This document shows, piece after piece, positions 8,202 to 16,704 of a stretch of 36,370 bases of DNA. The stretch is from a virus (Duplodnaviria > Heunggongvirae > Uroviricota > Caudoviricetes), in IMG/VR virus record IMGVR_UViG_2617270997_000026; one strand, written 5' to 3'. Both the position numbers and the translations under genes were made by a program. The stretch's first letter is position 1, and each line of letters opens with the position of its first letter. The notes under the pieces are model-generated. The model was given only the letters and a program-made list of their open reading frames with translations. It ran no database searches and was not told where the DNA came from.

Positions 8202-11200
8202 CAGCGGTACTCCTTACGTTGTTTCTGAGCCAGCAGACGCTCCAGCATTTTTTCCAGCTCATGCAGACTCATATTCAGGGCACCAGTCAGTCCTGCAGGC
8301 GCTGTGGTTTCCCTGCCATTGAGGAAAAACTGAGGATTAAAGCTGACCTGGATACCACCAGACGTTCCACCGCCGGTTGCAGCTGCACCACGGCCTGAAT
8401 ATCCGGCAGCCAGGATTTCAGGCGAGGGGATACGGGGAACATCCGGTGTCATCTCATTTGCCAGACGTTGCCCTGGTAAAATCGATGCCCGGGTGGAGAG
8501 CGGAATAGCGGGCATGGAAGACAAACTATTGATTACGGCTCCGATCGCATTTTTAGCAGACGACATAAACCCATTGATATCGGGCAACGGCATACTGAAG
8601 CGAACACCTGAAGTGTTATCCCGTATTTCTGGCCCCTGGATGCTCACGGGCATTCTGGGGAGCAGTTCACTGGCCATTCGCTGCCCGGCCAGAGCTGCAA
8701 GCGGAGTGGTCCGCTGCAGGCCAATGGCGGCCCCCTGCGCGATATTGTCACCAAAGCCCATAAACACGCGGCTCGGCGAATGAATGCCCAGCTTTTCGCT
8801 GAACCAGCCACTGATGCTGTCACCCATTCCGGTTACACTGGATTTGAGCGACTCCCATTTGTTTTTGATACCGTTAATCAGACCATCGACAAGATGGCCA
8901 CCGAAGTCGGTAAACTTTGCCGGCAGATCAACACCAAGATATTTCAGCGCAGCTGCAAAGGCTTTATAGAGCAGACCTGCCGGCGACCAGTTAATCAGCA
9001 GCTTACCAGTTCCCGCGATACCGCCGTTAAAGGCTTCCTGAATGTCAGCCCAGCACTGTTTAAACCAGCTACTGATGCTGTCACCCATTCCGGTTACACT
9101 GGATTTGAGCGACCCCCATTTGTTTTTGATACCGTTAATCAGACCATCGACAAGATGGCCACCGAAGTCGGTAAACTTTGCCGGCAGATCAACACCAAGA
9201 TATTTCAGCGCAGCTGCAAAGGCTTTATAGAGCAGACCTGCCGGCGACCAGTTAATCAGCAGCTTACCAGTTCCCGCGATACCGCCGTTAAAGGCTTCCT
9301 GAATGTCAGCCCAGCACTGTTTAAACCAGCTACTGATGCTGTCACCCATTCCGGTTACACTGGATTTGAGCGACCCCCATTTGTTTTTGATACCGTTAAT
9401 CAGACCGTCGATAAGATGGCCACCGAAGTCGGTGAACTTTGCCGGCAGAGCAACGCCGAAATATTTCAGCGCAGCCGCAAAGGCTTTATAGAGCAGGCCT
9501 GCCGGCGACCAGTTAATCAGCAACTTACCAGTTCCCACAATGCCGCCGTTAAAGGCTTCCTGAATGTCTGCCCAGCGCTGTTTAAACCAGCCACTGACTG
9601 CCCCCCAGTTGCGGTAGATAAGGTAAGCTGCTGCCGCGACAGCGGTGATAACGAGACCGATGGGATTCATCATCAGCGCACGTCCAATCCAGAGAACAGC
9701 ACGTCCGGCGAGCATAATTCCGCGAACCAGCCCCCCGGAGAGCACGCCACTCAGTGTTCTGGCTCCTCTGGCGACGGCGCTAAATCCGGTCACCAGCCAG
9801 CGGAGCTTACCGCCTTGCCCCAGTGCGAGCGACAGACGAAGCCAGTTGGCCCGAAGTAAAACAGCATTTTTCCAGACACTTACAAAGGGGGAAATAAGGA
9901 GATTCAGCCCCAGTTTGAGACCAACAGTCGCTATCTTAATCGCAAGGAGCGCACTGATGAGCTTAAAAGCCCCACTGACAAATTGCGGGTGAGTCGCTAC
10001 CCAGTGTTTTGCCCCCTGAATGAGTGGAAGCAGTTCCTGAGTCAAAGAAATAAAAGATGGAGCTAATTGATCGCCCAGCGTAATTGCCAGATCGCGACTG
10101 CTGACCATAAGTGTTTTAGTGGCTTCAAGGGGAGATTTCAGCCGCTGATCATAAGCACTGGCAAGCAAATCGTTATCCGCAGCCCTGAGAGCACCGGCAC
10201 GGATCTCTCGATATCTGTCCATGTTGGCCAGCATCGGGCGGATAAATGCCATGACCTGCATATCCGCGAACATATCGCCCAGACCAAAGTTTTTCGCCAG
10301 AGCCTGAAGTGCCTCATCTCTTGCCGTATCATTCTTTATTTTCATGGCTGATTTGAAGCCGGCCAGCGCTTCGGGGCTTTTGGCATTGAGGTAACGTTCT
10401 ATAACACTCAACATCCCTTCAATCGGAGAGATCCCCGCAGCTTTATAACTCGCAATAGATCCCTGCAAATCAATACCCAGATCAGCAAACTGTTTCTGAG
10501 TATCGCGGGCAAAAATTTTGGTAAGAAAGTTTTTAAAATTATTGGCTGCTTCGTCGGTGGAACCTGCACCGATTTTTGCTATCTGGAGACTGGCCCCGAT
10601 TTCAGCAACAGCCTCTTTTCCACTGGCAATACCCGCCATCATTGGGGCCAGGGACTGCATCCACTTGACCTGATCCGGGATTTCAAATGACCCCTGGTCA
10701 CCGGCATAAGCCATAATATTCTGAACGGCACCAAAATCTCTGGCCGCACCTTTCAGGGAGTTTTGCCAGACTGCGGCCACTTTTGCCCAGTCCTGAGCAG
10801 ACGTGCGTGTTGCCGTTGCCGCGCGGGCAATATCCGGCATCAGAAAACCGATATCTGACACATTATCAATATTGTCGCTGATGAGTGAACCCACCGCCTC
10901 CTGCAGCTCATCCTGATACTGATTGTATTTAAGCGCCCAGCCTTTTATCTGTCCGGCAAGTCCATCCCGCGTTTTATTGTCATATTTTGCGGTGATCGAC
11001 ATATCAATCATTTTGTCCTGAAAAGACATGGACTGCTGAACGGCAGGGGAAACCGTATGATAAACAGTCTGTGCCATGCCATACGCTTCAATCCCCTGAC
11101 CATACAGCGCCATGCGGTTAGCTTTCAGCGCATCACTGGTAGCGGATGCCGCTGACAGACGGCGCTGCTGGCGCTCAATTTGCTCCATGGTGCGGCTTAC

Positions 11201-11413
11201 CCGCAGCAGCTCGCTGTTGAGATGCTGCATCCGGGAAGAACCCAGTTGACCATAACGTTCTGTTGCACGGGTTAAAGCGTTCTGACGTTCCTGCAGGCGG
11301 CGTGAGGTATCGCTCAGGGAATCAAGCGCACGGCGGGTACCGCTCATTGCAGAACGGAATGTGCTGCCAATCATCCCGCCGATAACAACGCCGACTGAAA
11401 ACTGTCCCGACAT
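8201..11413 (-). CDS. Tail tape measure protein
   Basis: 1070 aa; ATG at 11413 with GGAGG RBS; alpha-helical Ala/Gln-rich N-terminus, hydrophobic central segments, internal 87-aa tandem repeats; position after tail chaperone. Confidence 0.9.
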   Translation of the reverse strand: MSGQFSVGVVIGGMIGSTFRSAMSGTRRALDSLSDTSRRLQERQNALTRATERYGQLGSSRMQHLNSELLRVSRTMEQIERQQRRLSAASATSDALKANRMALYGQGIEAYGMAQTVYHTVSPAVQQSMSFQDKMIDMSITAKYDNKTRDGLAGQIKGWALKYNQYQDELQEAVGSLISDNIDNVSDIGFLMPDIARAATATRTSAQDWAKVAAVWQNSLKGAARDFGAVQNIMAYAGDQGSFEIPDQVKWMQSLAPMMAGIASGKEAVAEIGASLQIAKIGAGSTDEAANNFKNFLTKIFARDTQKQFADLGIDLQGSIASYKAAGISPIEGMLSVIERYLNAKSPEALAGFKSAMKIKNDTARDEALQALAKNFGLGDMFADMQVMAFIRPMLANMDRYREIRAGALRAADNDLLASAYDQRLKSPLEATKTLMVSSRDLAITLGDQLAPSFISLTQELLPLIQGAKHWVATHPQFVSGAFKLISALLAIKIATVGLKLGLNLLISPFVSVWKNAVLLRANWLRLSLALGQGGKLRWLVTGFSAVARGARTLSGVLSGGLVRGIMLAGRAVLWIGRALMMNPIGLVITAVAAAAYLIYRNWGAVSGWFKQRWADIQEAFNGGIVGTGKLLINWSPAGLLYKAFAAALKYFGVALPAKFTDFGGHLIDGLINGIKNKWGSLKSSVTGMGDSISSWFKQCWADIQEAFNGGIAGTGKLLINWSPAGLLYKAFAAALKYLGVDLPAKFTDFGGHLVDGLINGIKNKWGSLKSSVTGMGDSISSWFKQCWADIQEAFNGGIAGTGKLLINWSPAGLLYKAFAAALKYLGVDLPAKFTDFGGHLVDGLINGIKNKWESLKSSVTGMGDSISGWFSEKLGIHSPSRVFMGFGDNIAQGAAIGLQRTTPLAALAGQRMASELLPRMPVSIQGPEIRDNTSGVRFSMPLPDINGFMSSAKNAIGAVINSLSSMPAIPLSTRASILPGQRLANEMTPDVPRIPSPEILAAGYSGRGAAATGGGTSGGIQVSFNPQFFLNGRETTAPAGLTGALNMSLHELEKMLERLLAQKQRKEYR
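8790..9600 (-). repeat. Three tandem 261-bp (87-aa) in-frame repeats inside the tape measure gene
   Basis: Antisense track ORFs start at 8784, 9042 and 9303 (period 261). Protein unit WFKQCWADIQEAFNGGIAGTGKLLINWSPAGLLYKAFAAALKYLGVDLPAKFTDFGGHLVDGLINGIKNKWGSLKSSVTGMGDSISS occurs three times. Confidence 0.85.
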
Positions 11414-11488
11414 AGTGGTTAACCTCCGGGGAAGGTGAAAAGACGTGAGGGGATAACGCAGAACAGCCGCTACTGGCGGCTGTCTGTA

Positions 11489-11906
11489 CTATGATTTGTC
11501 GCCGTACTCGCTTTTTATTTGCTCTTCAGCCTGCTCCAGCCACATCTCCAGATCGTCAGTATCGAGGGCATCAATCTCCCCCGGCTGAAACCGGAACCAT
11601 CTCGCCAGCAGCCCCTGCGCCTGCGTCAGCGCCCTGGTTGCTCTCACCCATCCCCGTGATGAGCTGAAATCGTTTCTGTAACTGCAGGTAATCAGCCAGA
11701 TCCATATTGTCGAGATCTTCCGGGAGAAGACCAGTACTGCGGGCAATCAGCGGTTCGTCCCAGTCTGCCGGGTTTTTGCTGATTTTGCGCACCTGCTTCA
11801 GGTCTTTTACCGTCAGGCGTTTCAGTTCAACCTGCTCAATTCTGGTGCCTGCAGCAGTGGTGAAGGGATAAGACAATTTAAAAGTATCGGATGGGGTCTG
11901 TGACAT
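11489..11906 (-). CDS. Putative frameshift-extended tail chaperone (E+E'-like); shift near 11574-11585
   Basis: Frame B (11489..11746) is +1 relative to frame A and ends in acidic tail GEIDALDTDDLEMWLEQAEEQIKSEYGDKS. Frame A ends GCC GGG GGA GAT TGA, a G-run compatible with -2 or +1 slippage. Confidence 0.4.
11571..11906 (-). CDS. Tail assembly chaperone (P2 gpE-like), upstream frame
   Basis: 111 aa; ATG at 11906 with AGGAG RBS; between tube-proximal genes and tape measure; overlapped by a second open frame. Confidence 0.6.
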   Translation of the reverse strand: MSQTPSDTFKLSYPFTTAAGTRIEQVELKRLTVKDLKQVRKISKNPADWDEPLIARSTGLLPEDLDNMDLADYLQLQKRFQLITGMGESNQGADAGAGAAGEMVPVSAGGD

Positions 11907-11982
11907 GATTGTGCTCCTGTGTAAGTTCAGGGCAGTATGTCGGGAGAAGCGCGTGACGGATATTAAAGGAGATTAAGAAGAA

Positions 11983-11996
11983 GGGGCCGGAGCCCC
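11983..11996 (-). terminator. Terminator-like hairpin inside tail operon (possible attenuator)
   Basis: Minus-strand GGGGC-uccg-GCCCC followed by UUCUUCUUAAUCUCC, 7 nt after the stop of ORF 12004..12285. Confidence 0.35.
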
Positions 11997-12003
11997 TGTG
12001 ATG

Positions 12004-12285
12004 TCAGCAAGTGCGAAACCCCTTGCAGTTACGCAGGAAAGCGATGAGAAGCGTCTTTCCCTCAGATTTGCCGGTGCCGGAGAACCAGTGGTCGGGAGGC
12101 TCCCATGCTTCAATCAAATCCGCCAGTTTGCGGGCCTTTGAACGTGTGCAGTCAATCGGGTCATTGGTTTTACGGGTATTAAAAAGGGTTTCCACCCCCG
12201 GAATATCAAGGAGGGTAAACCACGTACCATTTGACATGCCCAGTGCCGCACATCGTCTTCCTTTATCCGTCAGTTCAACACTCAT
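12004..12285 (-). CDS. Hypothetical tail-operon protein
   Basis: 93 aa; ATG at 12285 with GGGGG RBS, 2 nt after tube stop (coupled); no recognisable motif. Confidence 0.5.
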   Translation of the reverse strand: MSVELTDKGRRCAALGMSNGTWFTLLDIPGVETLFNTRKTNDPIDCTRSKARKLADLIEAWEPPDHWFSGTGKSEGKTLLIAFLRNCKGFRTC

Positions 12286-12287
12286 CG

Positions 12288-12809
12288 TCAGCCCCCGATA
12301 TTGATACGGTAGTCAGTCAGTTGATCAACACCGCCGACCCGGAAGATGTTGGCCAGATAGTCCAGTTGCAGCAGCTCTTCACCATCCAGTACCTGTCTGA
12401 TATACGTGCAGGTGAAGCTACTGGAGAACTCGGCGTTCTCGTGCTGTTTGAACGTCCCCAGCGGGTTCTTCTTGAACATAATCGTCAGGAAGGTGACCAG
12501 CGGGATTTCGTCAATCAGCCCCTGCGAGCTGTAGCGCTGGACGCTGGAACGACACTGCAGTGCCAGCGACCTGTACGGGTTCGCGGCAGACAGCATCGCA
12601 TCGCGGTAAAAGCTGTTCCATTTGATTTCGCCTTCCAGTTTGTCAAAACCAGCCGGGAGTTCCACCTTACCCACCATCCCCAGCGCCTTGTGTTCCTGCA
12701 TAATCATGGAGACATCGGGGAGTTTAACTTCCTCAGCCCGTCCCAGCAGGTTAGTACCATCCAGATAGATGTTGGCATTCGTGATGCGGTTTATCTCAAT
12801 CTTTGACAT
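12288..12809 (-). CDS. Tail tube protein
   Basis: 173 aa immediately after sheath gene (ATGA overlap at 12809); size and position typical of myovirus tube. Confidence 0.8.
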   Translation of the reverse strand: MSKIEINRITNANIYLDGTNLLGRAEEVKLPDVSMIMQEHKALGMVGKVELPAGFDKLEGEIKWNSFYRDAMLSAANPYRSLALQCRSSVQRYSSQGLIDEIPLVTFLTIMFKKNPLGTFKQHENAEFSSSFTCTYIRQVLDGEELLQLDYLANIFRVGGVDQLTDYRINIGG

Positions 12810-14236
12810 CAGTTGCCCCCTTTCAGGGTTAACAGGTATTCCGAGGTGATCTCAGTCTCAAACGTCAGTCGCTCCAGCGGCGGTGGTGGCGTATATTTGT
12901 AGCTCAGCAACAGGTGCCCGGCGGCCAGCTCCGTCTCCGGATTGCGGGCCGGATCAAACCAGCAACGGAAGCCCAGTACCGCACCATCACCAGTCATTTT
13001 GCGACCGTAGGCGTTGACCGACTCCGTCAGTGCATCAATCAGCGCCTGAGTAATCGGCATGTCGATGTACTGCTGGCTGAAATAACGAATGGACTCGTTG
13101 ATCACATCACCGGTGCGGCGAACGTTCTCAAAGTTACGCATATGGGTGACCGTTGGCCATGCTGCCGTCCGGTTACCCCACAGACGAAGGCCGCTGCCGT
13201 AACTGCTGAATACCGTGGTGATCCCCTGTTCGTTAAGCAGGTTTACCTCACTCTGCGGGTCATCAATCATCGCGGACAGCTGGCGCTCCACGCCGGTGAT
13301 CCCCAGAATCTCCTGATTGGAGGATGACCACCAGTAGCCCTTGTCCAGATCGACTCTGGCACGCAGACCTGCTGCACGCTGGCTGAGCGGCTCCAGACGC
13401 TCTGTGTTTGTCACCGGGTCATATACCTTCACATGCGGATAGCACAGACGGACGCGGTCGGAGCTGGTATTGAAGTTGATGGTGCCTTCCGGGCCACGAC
13501 CTGCCAGAGCCTGTGCAAAGGTGGTACCGACAGGCGCATCAATGTAGGTTACCGCGCCCAGCTTCTCTGCCATGGCGATAAGCTCAACTGCGACACTCTT
13601 CTGGGTGCAGAACACCGGCGCAATCAGAATTTTGGCGAAATAGCCGTACAGGTTGAAGCTGTCGTTAAGCAGCTTCATGCCGGTTCGGTTTCCGGCGCTG
13701 TTCCCCCCGCCGATGATGTCCGCCGCAGTCACCTTCGACGGGTCCGCGTACTCATAGCTCACCTTCACGCTGCCACCGGCCTCAATAGCCTTGCCCAGGT
13801 TCGTGAGCACACCCGCCTGCGCATCAACACGGTAGTCCGTGTTCGCCGTGTGGGTGGTGCTGCCTTCACTGTTTTTCACCACCACATTAGCGACAACCGG
13901 ATGCGCCAGTCTGGCCTGCCCTGTCGATTTGTCAAAGGTAACCACCTCATCCTCGATCGCCGTTTTATGTTTCGCCGGGTCGAGGACGTTAATGACCAGA
14001 ACGGTGCCTGCACCATGGTCATAAATCGCATCCAGCGCCTGCGGAATGGTAAAGCCGGTGAACTGGCTGCCAAATGCCGCTGCGTCTTTCTCAGACAGGC
14101 ACTGTACCAGCGTATTGACATCCCCCATCGGGGCGGTACCAATCAGGCCAATAACGGCAGATTTCACCGTTTTAACCGGGCGGGCTCCGTTTTCCACCTC
14201 AATGGTTTCGGGACCATGCAGATAGTTAGCTGCCAT
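12809..14236 (-). CDS. Contractile tail sheath protein
   Basis: 475 aa; ATG at 14236 verified; size and position upstream of tube. Confidence 0.85.
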   Translation of the reverse strand: MAANYLHGPETIEVENGARPVKTVKSAVIGLIGTAPMGDVNTLVQCLSEKDAAAFGSQFTGFTIPQALDAIYDHGAGTVLVINVLDPAKHKTAIEDEVVTFDKSTGQARLAHPVVANVVVKNSEGSTTHTANTDYRVDAQAGVLTNLGKAIEAGGSVKVSYEYADPSKVTAADIIGGGNSAGNRTGMKLLNDSFNLYGYFAKILIAPVFCTQKSVAVELIAMAEKLGAVTYIDAPVGTTFAQALAGRGPEGTINFNTSSDRVRLCYPHVKVYDPVTNTERLEPLSQRAAGLRARVDLDKGYWWSSSNQEILGITGVERQLSAMIDDPQSEVNLLNEQGITTVFSSYGSGLRLWGNRTAAWPTVTHMRNFENVRRTGDVINESIRYFSQQYIDMPITQALIDALTESVNAYGRKMTGDGAVLGFRCWFDPARNPETELAAGHLLLSYKYTPPPPLERLTFETEITSEYLLTLKGGN

Positions 14237-14477
14237 GGGCGTCCTCCGTTTTCACTTCGCTGTCACTGCTGCTTCTGCGCTTTGGTGACTGCACAGCCGG
14301 TGTGACGGCGGGTTTAGTATCTTCTGGTACCGGCGTCAGATGCTTCAGCGCCACCAGTACCTTCACGTAGTCATGCTCCTCCGGCAGGGAAACCGCCTTC
14401 CCCGGCCAGAGCAGGATTTCGGTTCCGTCCGACAGCGTGACGCCGCTGGCCGGGCCGGAATAGCGGTATGCTTTCAT
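14226..14477 (-). CDS. Hypothetical head-tail joining region protein (Mu gp38 position)
   Basis: About 83 aa from ATG at 14477 (14480 is GTG); coupled to upstream gene. Confidence 0.5.
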   Translation of the reverse strand: MKAYRYSGPASGVTLSDGTEILLWPGKAVSLPEEHDYVKVLVALKHLTPVPEDTKPAVTPAVQSPKRRSSSDSEVKTEDAHGS

Positions 14478-14941
14478 CACTCGCTTTCCTCATAGTTCAC
14501 TTCGGTTAACAGCGGGCCGGACGGTAAATCGCTGTCTTCGATAAAGATGCTTTCAGTCGCGAAGTCGAGGGCGTATTGCCACAGCCCCCTGACTTCACCG
14601 ATAAACACCTCGCGGGTCAGCCAGATACGGCGGCGGCAGCCGGGCGGGGTGTGGCCACCGAGAATGCGGCGGACAGCATCCAGGACATTAATCGCCCCTT
14701 TTTTACCGTTGAGCTGGCGGAAGACCACCGTGACGCAGAGCTGGATAGTCTGAGACTGGATCACCGCACCGGTATCATCCGGCCTGTCAAAGCGCGAACC
14801 GGCATAGCTCAGCAGCAACGCGCCAACCGGATGGTTCAGGCGATATTCAGCCGGTTTCTCCGGGAAGTACTCCACCTGCAGTTGCGGCAGCTTCTCGCGT
14901 AACCGGGCCAGTACCGCATCAAGGACGGGCAGAACGTTCAT
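14477..14941 (-). CDS. Mu gp37-like protein (head-tail connector region)
   Basis: 154 aa; ATG at 14941 verified; synteny. Confidence 0.55.
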   Translation of the reverse strand: MNVLPVLDAVLARLREKLPQLQVEYFPEKPAEYRLNHPVGALLLSYAGSRFDRPDDTGAVIQSQTIQLCVTVVFRQLNGKKGAINVLDAVRRILGGHTPPGCRRRIWLTREVFIGEVRGLWQYALDFATESIFIEDSDLPSGPLLTEVNYEESE

Positions 14942-15387
14942 CAGTATTTCTCCAGTAAACCGTCACGACCGCCGAAAGTGGCCGGGCGACTGCGTACACG
15001 AAACTCGCCAGGCTCAGGCACATCTTTCTGAGTGGACGGCAGCCCCAGCGTGAGCCTGTTATCACGTAACTCCCTGAGTTGCCGCAGCGCTTCTTTGTGG
15101 TCATCCTTCACCGTATCCGGGAGGTCACCTTCCGGGCGGCGGGCGTAGAGCCGGTAACGGACCAGCGTGATGGCAATGTCCCGCAGAACAGTCGGTATCT
15201 CTGCCAGTGGCAGGATATAGCGTCCGCGCAGATGGGCATCAATCAGCTCGTCGGCATAGCGGATACAGCTGTCCACCACACGGGTATTCACTGTTGCAGG
15301 CGAGTCGAAGTCCATCTCTTCACTGGTGAGCTCGATAAGCGTCCGCTCCGGCACCTGCGCAAGCAAATCCTCCAGGGTGCAGTACAT
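14941..15387 (-). CDS. Mu gp36-like protein
   Basis: Start assigned to ATG at 15387 (MYCTLEDL...), 1 nt after stop of upstream gene; track start 15549 would overlap upstream gene by 160 nt. Confidence 0.55.
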   Translation of the reverse strand: MYCTLEDLLAQVPERTLIELTSEEMDFDSPATVNTRVVDSCIRYADELIDAHLRGRYILPLAEIPTVLRDIAITLVRYRLYARRPEGDLPDTVKDDHKEALRQLRELRDNRLTLGLPSTQKDVPEPGEFRVRSRPATFGGRDGLLEKY

Positions 15388-15388
15388 G

Positions 15389-15727
15389 TCACACCCCGCG
15401 CAGGATACGAATGACGTCGCCTTCACCCCCGGCTTCATCAAGTGCAATACCACAGGATTTACCGTCGCCGGACTGCGGCACGGCTCTGGCCTGAGCATCT
15501 GACTGAACAGCCACACCACGGCTGACAGCGGCCCCGGCCTCGACAGCAATAATGCCCAGAACGCTCACCGGCGTGCTGTCGCCGGTAACAGCATCCACTT
15601 CGGCAACCCCGAGCGCTGCGGCACCGGCTTTACAGGGGGTATTATCTGCCCCGACAAAACGCTGCTGTGCCAGTGCTGCCCCTGCCGTTACGGTTGTGAT
15701 CAGAATGACCTGCTGAGTGGTTCCCAT
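15389..15727 (-). CDS. Small Ala/Gly/Val-rich head protein (possible decoration/cement protein)
   Basis: 112 aa directly downstream of major capsid gene; low-complexity composition. Confidence 0.45.
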   Translation of the reverse strand: MGTTQQVILITTVTAGAALAQQRFVGADNTPCKAGAAALGVAEVDAVTGDSTPVSVLGIIAVEAGAAVSRGVAVQSDAQARAVPQSGDGKSCGIALDEAGGEGDVIRILRGV

Positions 15728-15736
15728 AACGCCTCC

Positions 15737-16690
15737 TTATTTACTGATACCGGTAATGAGATACCCGGCATCGCCACCAACCACGGCGACTTTGTAGATA
15801 TCGGTATAACGGCAGTACTTCACCTTGCCACCGGCTCCGTCGTATTTGTCGGCAACAGGCATCCCCTTACGACGCAGGGTGTAGCCGAAGGACGGCTCGT
15901 TCTCGTCCGCGCTGTCCGCCCCCGGCTGCGGTTTGCCGACATAGTGCAGCATCAGATTGTCTCCCCAGATATCCGCCGGCACGCTGTTCTTATCCATTGC
16001 CGCTTTCATGGACGGCAGGGAGACTGGGGCACCGATGACGATCTCTTCGATCTGAAAGAGGTCCTGCAGGATTTCTGTGGTGATGCGCTTGCGTTCGTTG
16101 GCTCCGATGGCGGCCTGAATCGCCGGGTGGAACTTCAGCAGCGCCATCACGCCGGCCCCCATGGTCATCAGGTTAGGACGCAGCCCCGTGGCCGTACGGA
16201 CCGCTTCCATACCGGCTTCAATCACCCCGATGGGGTCCCCCTTACCACCGGCCCAGCGATCACTGGCTGTCAGTTTTTTGACGTGCCCGGTACGGTAGAC
16301 CTTTTCATCCTGAGCCAGACGGGCAGCGATAAGTTCACGGCGCAGGTTCACGCCATTCGTGGCGCGACGGATGGCCTTGCTCTCTTCGTTAAACATGGAC
16401 TCCGCCTGCTCGCGATAGTCCACCGGCGCAGCCAGATCGTGTTCACCCAGCACCAGGTCCAGCGTGCCTGTTTTTTCACGGACCAGAACATTGCTGTCCG
16501 CCCCGACGGCACGCTCGGTGTCATATTCCACAAAGGCGGTTTTCCCGAAGGTCGGTACACGCACGCCTTCCTTGTCCGTCAGCACGACGGGGAAAATACG
16601 TTCGCCGATGAATGCGGCATTTTTATAGCCACGGGCGATACTGGTCAGTACCGGATCAACGACACGTTTACCTTTTAAGTAATCAGACAT
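15737..16690 (-). CDS. Major capsid protein (Mu gpT-like)
   Basis: 317 aa; ATG at 16690 verified; follows protease/scaffold gene as in Mu I-T order. Confidence 0.8.
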   Translation of the reverse strand: MSDYLKGKRVVDPVLTSIARGYKNAAFIGERIFPVVLTDKEGVRVPTFGKTAFVEYDTERAVGADSNVLVREKTGTLDLVLGEHDLAAPVDYREQAESMFNEESKAIRRATNGVNLRRELIAARLAQDEKVYRTGHVKKLTASDRWAGGKGDPIGVIEAGMEAVRTATGLRPNLMTMGAGVMALLKFHPAIQAAIGANERKRITTEILQDLFQIEEIVIGAPVSLPSMKAAMDKNSVPADIWGDNLMLHYVGKPQPGADSADENEPSFGYTLRRKGMPVADKYDGAGGKVKYCRYTDIYKVAVVGGDAGYLITGISK

Positions 16691-16704
16691 GCTCTCTCCT
16701 TAAA

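Noticed and set aside
8780-9859. Long plus-strand ORF (359 aa) and three 62-aa ORFs with repeated sequence, antisense to the tape measure gene
   Set aside because: They lie entirely within the minus-strand tape measure gene and their internal repetition mirrors its 261-bp triplication; the sense frame is the continuous gene with a verified ATG and RBS.
11489-11746. The 85-aa ORF as an independent gene starting at its own ATG
   Set aside because: Its N-terminal 57 residues overlap the chaperone ORF in another frame and look non-protein-like (Trp/Cys-rich); only the acidic C-terminal part is plausible, favouring a frameshift extension.
13433-14305. 290-aa plus-strand ORF
   Set aside because: Fully antisense to the tail sheath gene; Arg/His-rich low-complexity translation typical of reverse-strand readthrough of GC-rich coding DNA.
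15944-16678. 244-aa plus-strand ORF
   Set aside because: Antisense to the major capsid gene; no RBS.
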